From assembly GCA_951406725.2 (NCBI GenBank), contig OX597828.1, positions 9,114,001 to 9,178,000 of the forward strand: DNA of 64,000 bases. The letters run 5' to 3'. Made by a program: the position numbers and the translations under genes. Source of the stretch: Octopus vulgaris (Eukaryota). The notes beneath the pieces were generated by a model that saw nothing but the letters and a program-made list of their open reading frames with translations, had not been told where the DNA came from and made no database searches. This document shows, one piece after another, positions 1-12,699 of this stretch; position 1 is the first letter of the stretch; every line of letters begins with the position of its first letter.

Positions 1-639
1 TCTTCATTGTAAGATGAAATGCAAATTGTTCACACATAGACGAACATATACATAATTTCACATATATTTATATAGGGTCAATAAAAGACATTTATATTTA
101 TAGAATACAAGGAAAGCACTCTTTAGCACAATAGAGGTCACATATTCACATATGTATCTCCTTGAGGTATATAAATATATATATATGTATATTCATAAAA
201 GCAAACAAAATATGCAGACACAATACTAACGATCACGCACAAGAATAAATGAAAAGAAAAGTAACATTACTTATAACTTCGAAATAAGTTTTCGTTCTGA
301 TACCCAACAATCTTCAGAACATTTGTCGACATTATTACATTTATATATTTGTGTGAATGCAAGTACTTTTTATATGTGTGAGTGTATGAGCGTGTGTGTG
401 TATGTGTGTATATGAATGTATGCATGGGATGATATCTCATATGAAAAGCTTTAGTCATCATACCAAAATATAGTAGATGGTGTATTATAAAGGCACACGA
501 ATCTACGAACATAATCACAAAAACACACAGATGATTCTGTGAATACAATGCTATACATTTGTCATACATATGCAAGCGAAAGAGTAACGATACACCTCTC
601 ACCCACGTTGAATATACTTACATATTAACATGCATATGC

Positions 640-650
640 ACACGTATGCA

Positions 651-726
<76 letters not shown>

Positions 727-739
727 TTGATAGATAGAG

Positions 740-778
<39 letters not shown>

Positions 779-897
779 CAGACATATCGATAGATAGATA
801 GATAGAAGTATATATATATATATATATTTATGTTTACATATACATAAATTTATATATACACAACACATGTACATATATAAGCATATATATATGTATA

Positions 898-951
<54 letters not shown>

Positions 952-1038
952 CAGACATGCATGCATACATACATATGTATTTGTATATATACATATTTAT
1001 GTATAATTATATATATATATATATACATATACATATAC

Positions 1039-1093
<55 letters not shown>

Positions 1094-1130
1094 CCCACAC
1101 ACACGCGCACATACATACGCACGTACACAT
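640..1130. repeat. Compound microsatellite block (TA)n(GA)n(GATA)n(TA)n(TG)n; similar blocks at ~16180-16400, 17050-17420, 38720-40030, 40430-40950, 42835-43000, 47450-47700, 49930-50060, 50990-51150, 60550-60805, 63570-63905
   Basis: Direct reading; these blocks generate the poly-YI, HT and LSIY ORFs. Confidence 0.95.
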
Positions 1131-1698
1131 GCACAAACGCTTATTTGATATTTTAGACATAGCATTATGATGCTCGATATTGTAATTTTCACATTTCCCC
1201 TGGCAGCCCGAAGAATAATACTGACGTCTAAAATACAAGACTATTATGTTTTGTTTTGTTTTTTTTTGTTTTTTATTTCTATTTTGATCTGCAATACATG
1301 GAGTAACATCGATTTTAAAGGTTAACACAGAGAAATGTTGTTTTAAGTGTTTCGATCAGATAGTGGCTTGTAAACATAAATTGCTTTACGTGACAACTTA
1401 GAATTCGGGCCAGCATGTTATGGATCGTCCCTTTCTTAAACTTTCGATGGAACGAATGTACTACACATAAATTACTGGCATGCAATCTTAGATATTACAA
1501 AAATAGCTTTCTGTAATTGGTATTTCCCAATTAATATCCACACAGGGTAAGTTTGTTTATGAGACTCGGTTTGTTACACGACCATGTCCGCCCGTTGGAG
1601 GTTAAAGGAAACAATAACATGATTTATATAATTGATGGTTCCCTATTTAGATTTACGATTTATTAACATACGTACAGATATGTACATATATTACACAA

Positions 1699-1899
1699 GC
1701 GCAGGAGTGGCTGTGTGGTAAGTAGCTTGCTTACAAACCACGTGGTTCCGGGTTCAGACCCACTGTGTGGCACCTTGGGCAGGTGTCTTGTACTATAGCT
1801 TCTGGCTGACCAAAGCCTTGTGAGTGGATTTGGTAGACGGAAACTGAAAGAAGTCTGTTGTATATATGTATATGTATATATATACATGTATGTGTGTGT

Positions 1900-1948
<49 letters not shown>

Positions 1949-2155
1949 TGCGTTTTTGTATATCTGTGTTTGTCCCCCCAACTGATGCTAGTGTGTTTAC
2001 GTCCCCGTAACTTTGCGGATCGGCAAAATAAACAGATATAAAAAGAACTAGGCTTACAAAGAATAAGTCCTGCAGTCGATTTGCTCGACTAAAGGCGGTG
2101 CTTCAGCATGGCCGCATTCAAATAACTGAAACAAGTAAAAGAGTAAAGAGTAAAG
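1699..2155 (+). mobile_element. SINE family A, full length (tRNA-like head, CORE-like accttgggcaagtg, internal microsatellite, gagtaaa tail)
   Basis: A box tggctgtgtggt, B box gggttcagaccc; body recurs at 2165, 7380, 10826, 29610, 37555, 45975, 50580, 51160. Confidence 0.85.
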
Positions 2156-2164
2156 CTTTATTTG

Positions 2165-2560
2165 ATGCTGTGGCTGTGTGGCTGTTTGCTTCCCAACCAC
2201 TTAGTTTGAGATTAATCCCATTGCGTAGCAACTTGGGCAGTGGCTTCAACTATAGTCTCGGACCAAGCAAAGCTTTGTAAACGGATTTAATATATATTTG
2301 ATATTCATATACGAATGTGTGTGTGCTTGTGTTTGTGTATGTGTGTGTGTAAGTTTGTGTGCGTGAATTTTTCCTCATCAGCCTAGGATACGGGTATACG
2401 TTTATATACCCTTATCCTAGAGGGTTTAGCATAAGAGACCGATACAATCTTTTACCTTGCTAAAAATAAAATAAGTACTAGTGTCGATCCGTTCGACGGA
2501 AATTCTTCAATGCAGTGCCCCAGCATGGCCGTATTCATGTGACTGTAACAAGTAAAAAAA
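2165..2560 (+). mobile_element. SINE family A, older copy directly in tandem
   Basis: Same modules (tggctgtgtgg..cttgggcagtg..ccagcatggccg..aacaagtaaaa), more diverged. Confidence 0.75.
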
Positions 2561-3239
2561 TATATATATATATATATATAATCAAGGAAATGTAATAAAC
2601 CTCATTAAGGGATCATAAGTGATTATAAACCGTTAACGGTTTATAGCCGTTATCTCAACATATATTTCTAACTGGTGTGCCTTTACTACCTCTGAAGAGA
2701 TTCATCTAATAAGGATTTTAATTACATAAGCTAATTAGCTGAAGTTTTCTTAATCGAAACAGCCATCAGAGATGCTGTTATATTTTATAATTAATAAAAT
2801 AATTTATTAGTTATCTCTTCATTCTTCCTTAACTTTATACCTACATGAATACACACACACATCTCTCTCTCTATATATATATATATATTTATATGAAGAG
2901 AGTGAGAGAGAGACAGTTAGTAGTTTTAGTAACTGACTAAGGGATAAATATCCGTATATACTATCAGTATCCGTTATCTGTGTTAAGCATTGACGTCGAG
3001 CACTGGTATCAACAGGATAAAACACAAGTATATCAGGAACCACTGCAAATAATTAGAAAATGGAGAAAAGCAGCTAAACCATCGCATTGATAGGACTATA
3101 TTTTACAGTATATTTTTGATACAATACAAGACAATACGGATCTAACAGCTGTTTCTGATCAAGATACCTGAATGCAGTCTATACATAAATGTGAGAATAA
3201 AATCTACAAATTGTTCTGAAGTGATTGATATTAATGGAA

Positions 3240-3570
3240 AATAGAGGTTTTGCTAAGTGAATATATGGAAGTGCAAAACGGTACGTAGGTGATTTGAGAT
3301 ATTGATCATTTCTCCTCATAGCTTTGAAGATGGTGATTTGCAGCAGTAGCTCCACATATTAAGCATTTCAGTTCTAATGTTAACATTGCCCTCCTGTTGA
3401 TCAGAAAAGTCCGATTTCGTGTGGTTCAAACAAAACGGCGTAAATCTTGAGGTGGCAGGCAACCTTTCGGCTAACTATTATCCTCATCATCAAGCTTCAA
3501 TGGCAAGCTGCAAGATAGGTACAATATTCCATGAAGTGGTTGAACTCGACCACTAGCTCCCTTCTTCCAT
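3240..3570 (-). mobile_element. Old RTE-type LINE RT fragment
   Basis: EYCTYLAA (FxYLGS), NVNIRTE (IxxxTK), NHLRTVLHFH (RHxxxLxxFH) in the expected order. Confidence 0.4.
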
Positions 3571-3636
3571 GTCTGTTTGTCAGTCTGTTTGTCTGTCTGT
3601 CTGTATGTAAGTATGTATATATATATGCATGATCTC

Positions 3637-3931
3637 ATGGAGGCACATGGCTTAGTGGTTAGAGCATGGGACTCGTGGCCGAGGGACCGCCAGTTCGAAT
3701 CTCAGACCGGGCGATGTGTGTGCTACTGAGCGAAACACTTAAGCTCCACGCAGCACCGGCAGAAGATAATGGCGAACTTCTGCTGACTCTTTCGCCAGAA
3801 CTTTCTCTCACTCTTTCATCCTGCATCTAGTAACTCACCTGCGACGGACCAGGTGGGGACCCTATACGCCAAGGAAACCGGGAAACCGGCCCTGATGAGT
3901 CAGGCGTAGCTCGAGAAGGAAAAAACAACAC
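3637..3931 (+). mobile_element. SINE family B with V-domain-like tail
   Basis: tRNA head tggcttagtggttagagc..gttcgaatctc; tail cctgcgacggacc..gaaaccgggaaaccggccc..gaaggaaaaaacaac; short TSD atgatctc at 3629-3636 and 3934-3941. Confidence 0.85.
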
Positions 3932-6633
3932 GTATGATCTCTTTTGTTTTGATCTTTCCAAATTCTTCTTCTGAGGAAGTTGCTGGTTCTTAACAAAGAT
4001 AGAATTCTTCCTTGTTGGAATGTAGATAACAAAAACAATGTCAAACTTTCAATTTAAGAAACTTCTTGCATATTTTTATTGTTCCCCTTACAGACTGTAT
4101 TTGCAATGTGTTGGTTACTTGGTTCATTTCTTTTTCTGAAAATCCTACCCTACTCAAAATTATTATTTAGTCCTTTACCCACATAACCAAGTGCGTCAGT
4201 TCATATTTTATTGTATGTATATGTTTATGAATTTATGCATGTATATATGTATGTATGTGTATGGCTGGATGGATTTTCTCTATATCTATGGATACATCTA
4301 CATTTTTATGTATAAAGTGAATTTCAATATTGGGTTTACAAAATAATGTGGCGACCCGGCTGAATGTTGCCAGACCGAGCAACGTGCTCAGTGGCATTTA
4401 GTCTATCTTTACTTTATGAGCTCAAATACTATCGAGGTTGATTTTAACTCTCATTCTTTTGGGCTGGATAAATTAACTACCAGTTGAGCAATGGAGACCA
4501 TCAAATCGATTTCCCCCTTCCCCGAAAATATTAACCCCGTGACAAAATTTAAAATCGTTATTAGTTTACAAAACACCGAGAAGATAAGACAAATCTAATT
4601 CAAAACGTCAGATTATATATACATATACACTCGCATATCAACTCACAATGTAATAGAGATGTATACATACAAACACACATATACGTATATATATATATAT
4701 ATATATATGCTGTAATGTCGTAGAAATACGCTGGAATTGTGTATGCATGTGTGTAAAAACGTTAGATGAGAGAACTCCGGAATCAAATCACTGCTGAATT
4801 GGGTTCTCAATTTGTTTTTATAACAGGCTAACACAATGCTCTCCGAACCAAACCCTGATGCTCAGATAGCGTGCGCACATGTTGTTGATGACCATCAGTG
4901 GATATACAGCAAAGCATAGTTAGGTAGTGGCATTTGTATACGTTGTGTATGTCATGATATTTCAATATATTGGTGTCACTTGAGAAATAACGATTGTCAA
5001 ACAAATTGAAGCAACAAATATTTCATTTATTATAGACTGTAAAATGCAAGCCAGCCCGTTATACGGTAAACCATAAATTTACTGTTTCAGAAACTTTTAG
5101 TATTTATGAGATGGAATTATAAAAGATTAAGTCGATGCAGAAACTAAGGGAACAGATGTCATTCATTTTCAGGTAATGTGTTATATTTGTCACAAGTAAA
5201 ATGCAACAAGTGAACTTGCTAAAACCCCAGAACTGTTATTTTGCTTACAACTCTATAAAAGCCATTGTAAATCGTCCATATAACTGCTAGGAAGATTATC
5301 AAACTTCTTTCAATGTCACACACACTACCGTTTAACATATAGAAGCAAACATTTTATTCGTAGTCATGCAAACTCTAATGTGTGTCAGAATATAGATATG
5401 TTCAATCGAGATGAATAAGGGGTTAAACAAATGTATGGTCCCTACAACTAAGTCAAAATGTATTGAGACTGTTACGTACTGACATACATACATCAGGGTC
5501 CTCTATTCATCTTTTCAAGAATAAACAACCATTCGCATTTGAAGAATCAATGATTGCATATCTGGGCCAAAAACTAAAACGTTGAAATGGAAGTGTTAAG
5601 CCTACGATAAAATCAGGTCTTCATATCTCAGTTATTTTGACCTAGGTGTTTGACAGAACTCACTCTTAAGTTTATGTTGATATTAGGTCTCATAAATAAC
5701 TTGTAAGCTGATGCTTTATTTGCAATAATATAAAAGATATTCAAATACACGGTATTCCTCAAAAGAAAACTCTAAAAGTAAAATGAGAGTAAGCTCGAAG
5801 GAGCAAAAGCTTGGGCGACGGTACAGTTGATTATATAGTCTCTAATGCGAAACTGGCGCGTTATTTTATTCATTGAGGAATAATGAAATGTCAGGTTCGA
5901 CTAAGATGAAATAGAATGCAGGATATCAAGGTCCCCATTATTCAATTCTAGTAGACATTTAGTCCAATATTTTAACTATTCTTACAATAAAACTCGTTCA
6001 TAACAGAGCTACAATTATTAAATACTTATCTAATGCTTAGACGTTGTACTCTTAAAAATTAAGAAACGAAGAAGGTTGATCTATTCGTTTGCTTGATATG
6101 GTTGAAATGGCAGCCATATAACTATTAAAATGCATTTATTAAATATAAAGCATTAGATGGATAAGGGAGTTGAAGATAAAATAAACCTGAGCCCTAAGTG
6201 AGCATTATCCACAGTCGCTAAGCATTTGATAGTTAAACGAAATAATAGCATTCATAATCACACGTCACCAATCAGGCACGCGCAATCATATTTATGAAGC
6301 ATGCGAGTTAATATGTTATCATATTCTTTTATCCTTTACTGCTATTAGTCATGTGACTGCATTAAACTGGTGCACGACTTTGTAGGGTCTTTTGTTTGAT
6401 AAATATTTCCCACTTTCGACGGCCAGTACTGTTGTGTACAATCCCAACCCCATTGTACTACAACATCTTTTAACATTAATATATTCAATAAATCTATTCA
6501 TCTGACTAGAATTATCTTATTCGATTATGAAACATGCATTTCAACACATCTTACGCGCACGCATACACACGCACATACATACATATACAGATACACGCAA
6601 AACAAAAATGGGAAGTTATAATATGGTCGTATT

Positions 6634-6687
<54 letters not shown>

Positions 6688-6751
6688 AATAAATTAAATA
6701 GAGAGATGCAATTGACAATTCAATAATTTATTTATATTATGATGTAACATC

Positions 6752-7100
6752 GTGGCACTCCATCGGTTACGACGACCAGGGTTCAAGTTGAACCGTTCAA
6801 CGGAACAGCCTGCTCGTCAAATTAACGTGCAAGTGGCTGAGCACTCCACAGATACGTATAGGGGAGATTCAGCGTGACACACAGTGTGACAAGGCTGGCC
6901 CTTTGAGATACAACAGAAACAGAAACAGGAAGAAAGAGTGAGAGAAAATTGTGATGAAGGAGTACAACTGTATTCGCCACCACACCTACCGGAACCTCTT
7001 GGACCTCTAGGTGTTTTCGCTCAATAAACACTGAGGCCACCCAGTCTGGTAATCGAAACTGCGAGTCCACCCCCTAACCACTGGACCAATTGCGCGTTCA
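6752..7100 (-). mobile_element. SINE family B head with the tail shared with 43583-43915
   Basis: Head/body gtttattgagcgaaaacacctaga..tttctctcactctttc; tail aaagggccagccttgtcacac..gcacgttaa..gtcgtaaccgatggagtgcc. Confidence 0.8.
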
Positions 7101-7379
7101 CGATGTATACTATAGTATACTATAAATACAATATAATGCATGATAACATAAACAATTACTAAAAAAAACAAAAAAATACAATAATTTGTTTCGAATTATA
7201 TACATTATTTGATATATAATCAAATTCAGATCCCTTATATAAGCCTCATCAGCGCCAGTGGTTTGAAGATAGACGAAATTTAGTGTGAAAGAAAGGTTGG
7301 ATTGTAAACAAAATTAATTCAGTTGCCTATGTATAATAAGCGTGAGCGTTAGCTATTCAGCTACATATATTGTGCCTAT

Positions 7380-7582
7380 GTCTGTGTTTGTCCCCATCAC
7401 TGCTTGACAACCGATGTTAGTCTGTTTACGTCATAATAACTTAGCATTTCGTAAAATTAGACCAAGAGAATAAGTATTAGGTTTACATAGGTCGTGGGGA
7501 TGGTGTTGATATATGCAGCTGAAATACCTCAAGGCAGTGTTCCAGTACAGACGCAGTCAAATGACTGAAACAAATAAAAGAA
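7380..7582 (+). mobile_element. SINE family A, 3' half
   Basis: gtgtttgtcccc..gcttgacaaccgatg..gcagtcaaatgactgaaacaa. Confidence 0.75.
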
Positions 7583-9049
7583 CATATCTGTGTGCTTGTG
7601 TTGTGTGTGAGTATGTGTGTGTGTGTGTGTGTGTGTGTATTAAATGCAAATTAGATTTATCTGATGTTCATTGTTTTTGTCGCCAGTCTTAAACGTGCAA
7701 CTGAAAGGAAATGGCTTTAAACGGGCATCGAAACATCGCCTCTGGTTTAGTTCATCCCACATTACTCATTATTTCTTATGACTTCAATTAATCTCACAAA
7801 AATATGAGGAAAAGTAACAGCAGATGAAACCCTTCACACAACAAACCTATCAGGAAATGAAGAAAATCAGTATCTGTTTAGGTGTACTTAATATAACTGT
7901 ATTCTGTTTCGTGTGTGTTTACTTCATCATAAATATACTGAGATTAATAAAACATAAAGTGACGTAATAAATACTGCAATTGAATTCATTAGGGGATAGT
8001 GTTGAATATTGCACTATATTTAATCAAATGAACGAAATAAAAGATAATAGGATGATTTAATGAGTGATAATAGAATATAGAATTGCAGAATTAAATGAAT
8101 GAAAGAGAAAATGAAAAGAGTGCAAATCAAAGAAAGATTAGGAAACAGAAAACAGGAAAATTTGAAAAGACAAAAAGAAAAAGAAAACTGAAAAGTGTTG
8201 TTGAGAAAGAACAGATTGTTTATATTTGTAAAATGACGATGATTTCTTTGTAACTAGAGTTTAAAAAATGACTGCTATTTGTGAAATGCAGCCATTGTTA
8301 TAGGTTTTTAATGAGTTATATGGAACTGTACGGGAATGGGGTAGTTAGTAAAACAAGCTATTCATCTAGTTGCCAAGATGTCTGCCTGAACTGTACAACG
8401 TTGGCACCAACTGCGTGTTCTGCCGACGTCCGATTTTGACTCTCTTGAAAAGTTCTATCTTAGGCAGAAATATATATTTGGAAATTTTCCATTTAATAAA
8501 ACTTCCATTGCTTCTTACAACTTTAGTTATATAGGAATGTTTGTTTTTGCACATTTTCATAAAATCAAGCTACCGATATTAAATATTCCACATCTCGGAC
8601 AATGTGTCGAAGATTATAATAGTTTCAATTAAAATTACAAGAAAATTAATAACAAACAATGGCTTGGATATAATCCTTAAAATCGGAGATGAAAAGAACA
8701 GATAGTGCTACTTTATTATTAATAGTAGAATAAAAGTATTAAAAACACATAAAGTTTCCTTAATAAAAACTGCATAAATTAAATGGCTTGTTTACCTGAC
8801 GAGAATGATCACAAGCATTTGTTATTAATTCCTTCACAAAAACTTTCTTAATTGGAAGGTTATTTTCGTTCGATAGTATCAAAATAACTTTTTGGTCAAG
8901 CTAGTGAATAGTCAGTAGATGATATAGTATGGTAGACTCAACTGAACAAATTAAAAAGTAACGAATTTATCAATATCAATTACCTGTCATTCGCAATAAT
9001 CTAATAACAATTCATATATATTACACACACACATGCATACATGCATACA

Positions 9050-9119
<70 letters not shown>

Positions 9120-9287
9120 TACATATATACATATATACATACAATACCGTGTACATTAAAACACATTAAGAGGTTTCCATCATAGGATTGCCTTGCGCTA
9201 GAAAGAACAGTTTAAGTCCAGGTCACTAATTAGGGATCAATTCTCGAAGGGAATGAAAAATAAAAACATTAGCCATCGAATTCAATT

Positions 9288-9354
9288 CCCGGACCCTGGT
9301 TTCTGACTTATTTCAGTAAAATAAAAATTTACTGAGGCCGTCTTCTTCAGCGGG
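9288..9354 (-). ncRNA. Type I hammerhead-like motif
   Basis: cccg-CTGAAGA-agac..tcagtaaa/tttactga..gtca-GAAA-ccagggT-C-cggg; GUC site. Confidence 0.6.
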
Positions 9355-9517
9355 CAGCCTTAGAATAAATATACATACAACGAGATCGATTCCGCGTTCA
9401 AATTCATTGCTTGTACACTTTTATTTTTTTCAAATCTACTGCGCAGTCGCAGTCTATTGTGGGCAACAGAGAGGATGCCGGTAAAAACTTGGAAGAAATT
9501 TACCAGAAATCATTAAG

Positions 9518-9670
9518 CATAATGAATAATACGAGGGTAGTAAAATTTATAGAAATGCTTACTATCAGTGGTCTAGCGCAAAAATATGTCTTTTGACTAA
9601 AATTTTTGGCGCTAGACCACTGGTAGTGAAAATTTCAATAAGTTTTACTACCCTGATATTATTTATTATG
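9518..9670. repeat. ~150-bp imperfect foldback
   Basis: agggtagtaaaa..cagtggtctagcgc mirrored by gcgctagaccactg..ttttactaccct. Confidence 0.9.
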
Positions 9671-9706
<36 letters not shown>

Positions 9707-10149
9707 TTGTGTGTGTGTATTTATATAAATATATATATATATTTATATATCAGTAAAAATGTTTAATTGATTGTCTAACTAGTTGTATATTAGAATGTGA
9801 AATACAATAAGGTAATGTCCCTTTCCTATACAATGCCATAGCCTATATATTTCTGTTTTCTAACATTTACTAAACGTTCTTTGGTATTTTATCATATAAT
9901 ATGTTTTGTCATGACAGAGATAAAGTCATATGTCGAAAGTTTTTTAAAAATTGTTGAACATATGTGTTGTAATGGATATTTTAGACGTACCTGTATTGTC
10001 TGAGGTGTGTGCTGTGGTTTAATAAATTATATTTAGTGCATTTGAATGGCTTTTTACCTTCCATAATGCGCAATTATAAAATGCGTTAACCACGTTCAAT
10101 TCGAAATTAAGTCATGATATTGGATACTGTCTTTCATATAGTATTCATT

Positions 10150-10560
10150 TTAATTCTCGGAATCTTACGTTCAGAAATTCAAAATTGGAAATGATTGAAA
10201 ATATTTTTCTTGTGACATTAACAATATCAGTGCTGCGCATATTTCCCATGGTAAGAAGTATGAAGTATTGCTTAGAATCTGTCGGTGTCCACTAAATATC
10301 ACAATTTTAGCTATTCTGACAACCACCTGTTGATTTTGCAACATAGGACATTCACGTTTAGCGCAAGTATCCGTCATTGCATTGACCTGTCTTAATAAGC
10401 AGACCTAAATCGAAGGCATTTGACATGATGTCACCTATTTACAGGACACGACTTGAAACGTCGCAAAAATATTAATTACAGCAGATAACCTCGTGACCAA
10501 ACTCAACCAATCAAACACTTTTTCAAATTATTGCAATTGAAACCATTATCGTTCGATTTA
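10150..10560 (-). mobile_element. Old CR1/Jockey-group LINE RT fragment
   Basis: SNAFD..LLIK..G..NQQVVV..IFSGHRQ resembles SKAFD..LLxK..RxQxVxV..VxSGVPQG. Confidence 0.5.
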
Positions 10561-10956
10561 GCGTAGGAAAGTCACAAACTCCAGTTAGATTCCGAACAAA
10601 TACGACAAAGCTTCAAGTCATTACGTCTCAAAATACTTATGAAGATCGTGACATTGTGTAAGAAGTAAATTATATAAAAGCATAAATATATATAACTATA
10701 TGCGTATGCGTATATATAATATATGTATGCGTGTCTATTTGAATATATTAAGTAGACAACCACACGTTAGTAGATTCTGCCCCACCAGGTCACTGTAAAG
10801 TTCAACAGTTTAAGTTTAACATAGTAACCTACCACATGGTTCCGGGTTCAGTCCCACCGCATGTCATCTTGGGCAAGTGTCTTCTGCTATAGCCCCGGGC
10901 CGACCAATGCCTTGTGAGTGGATTTGGTAGACGGAAACTGAAAGAAGCCTGTCATA

Positions 10957-10993
<37 letters not shown>

Positions 10994-11001
<8 letters not shown>

Positions 11002-11615
11002 TATATAGAGGGTACTACTATTCGTAGATACCAATACACTAAGAGGGCCCAATGCGGTTTTTACGAGGTTTTTCACGCTGACTACTGATAGTTTCTTTTA
11101 AAGATTTTATCCTCAATTGTTAATTTATATTTTTCACCGCAATAGTTCAATACTGAATTTCTATTCCGACTAGACAATTTGTTACCAAAATGCATTGCGA
11201 ATAAGCCCGCCATTTTCATAGATATGTAAAGATAAACATTCGTACATGCTACGACGAATTCTACGGTTGGCTATCGAGCTTGTAATGTTATGTTTTCTCT
11301 TATATTTCTTGAGTTTGTTGCACTGATGAACATGAAATGCATATTCTGCATTAAATGCGAAATCACATGTGATATGTAACTGAATTCTTTTTAAAATGAT
11401 GTGTTTTGAAGTTTTGCATTCGGTAAAATTTTGTTTATTTTTAGTAGTTTTGACCGCATTGGTCCCTCTTAGCGTGTTGGTATCTACGAATAGTAGTACC
11501 CTCAATATAATATAAATGAATATTTTCAAAGAGGAAGAATTTACGGATTTTTTCTCTTACGAGGTTTTTCACGCTGACTACTGATAATTTCTTTTAAAGA
11601 TTTTATCCTCAATTG

Positions 11616-11620
<5 letters not shown>
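10994..11620. mobile_element. Penelope-like remnant with direct and inverted terminal segments
   Basis: Inverted pair 10994-11058 / 11453-11517; direct pair 11061-11124 / 11557-11620; hammerhead inside; (TA)n on both sides. Confidence 0.7.
11317..11380 (+). ncRNA. Type I hammerhead ribozyme motif
   Basis: gttgca-CTGATGA-acat gaaatgcatattctgcattaa atgc-GAAA-tcacatgtgaT-A-tgtaac: 6-bp stem I, palindromic stem III atcacatgtgat, AUA site, A-C mismatch at the base of stem II. Confidence 0.7.
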
Positions 11621-11653
<33 letters not shown>

Positions 11654-11655
<2 letters not shown>

Positions 11656-11965
11656 GAGGCGCAATGACCTAGTGGTTAGGGCAGCGGACTCGCGGTTGTA
11701 GGATCGCGGTTTCGATTCTCAGACCGGGCGTTGTGAGTGTTTATTGAGCGAAAACACCTAAAGCTCCACGAGGCTTTGGCACGGGGTGGTGGCGATCCCT
11801 GCTATACTCTTTCGCCACAACTTTCTCTCACTCTTTCTTCTGTTGGCCTGCTCACTTAGCCAGCGGGGTGGCGTCATTTGAAGGCTAAAACAATACGACG
11901 CGCATTGTGACCAGCGATGTGTAACAACATCTGATGGCCTGGTCGGTCACGGTGATCATGGTGAT
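11654..11965 (+). mobile_element. SINE family B, third tail type
   Basis: ggaggcgcaatgacctagtggttagggcagcggactcg..ggtttcgattc; tail ends ggtcacggtgatcatggtgat. Confidence 0.85.
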
Positions 11966-12610
11966 ATATATATATATTTGTATGTGTGTGTTTGTGTATG
12001 TGTGTTTGTCCCCCTAGCATTGCTTGACAACCGATGCTGGTGTGTTTACGTCTCCGTCACTTAGCGATTCGGCAAAAGAGACCGATAGAATAAGTACTGG
12101 GCTCACAAAGAATAAGTCCCGGGGTCGATTTGCTCCACTAAAGGTGGTGCTCCAGCATGGCCGCAGTCAAATGACGGAAACAAGTAAAAGAGTAAAAGAG
12201 TAGGAAATTATACATGCAAGTTCAAGGTGTAGCCATTATTGTCGGTATGGCGGGAGATGTAGCCGGCCTCTTAATGACGTGGTGGGAGAGAAAGCTTAAA
12301 CACTCCTTAGCTGAACAATCTAGCTGAACAATCTAGAACTAATTTGCTTACTTTAGGTCTGTAGATGACATTAATATTCTAGTTAATTGTATTAGCTGTC
12401 GTATAGAAACCAAGAGGAGCATAATGGAGAGCATCCAGTACGTAGATAACTTCATCCACCAAAGTATCAAGTTAACTATATATATATGTGTGTGTGTGTG
12501 TATACACATACATACATGCATGCCTATTTACACATATAAAAAATGTATATATACATATATACAAATACACACACATACACATACACATATATAGATATAT
12601 ACATACACAC

Positions 12611-12675
<65 letters not shown>

Positions 12676-12699
12676 TGTATATATGTATGTAAGCATGTT

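Larger units (their letters stand above)
10826..12201 (+). mobile_element. SINE family A with nested insertions in its internal (TA)n
   Basis: Head 10826-10960 and tail ~11990-12201 match the 1699-2155 copy. Confidence 0.85.

Noticed and set aside
3890-3925. CTGATGAG hammerhead core in a SINE B tail
   Set aside because: No correctly placed GAAA or stems, and the sister copy at ~57463 reads CTTATGAG.
8380-8630. Mariner C-terminal remnant (SDF..QCVE)
   Set aside because: Motif match too weak.
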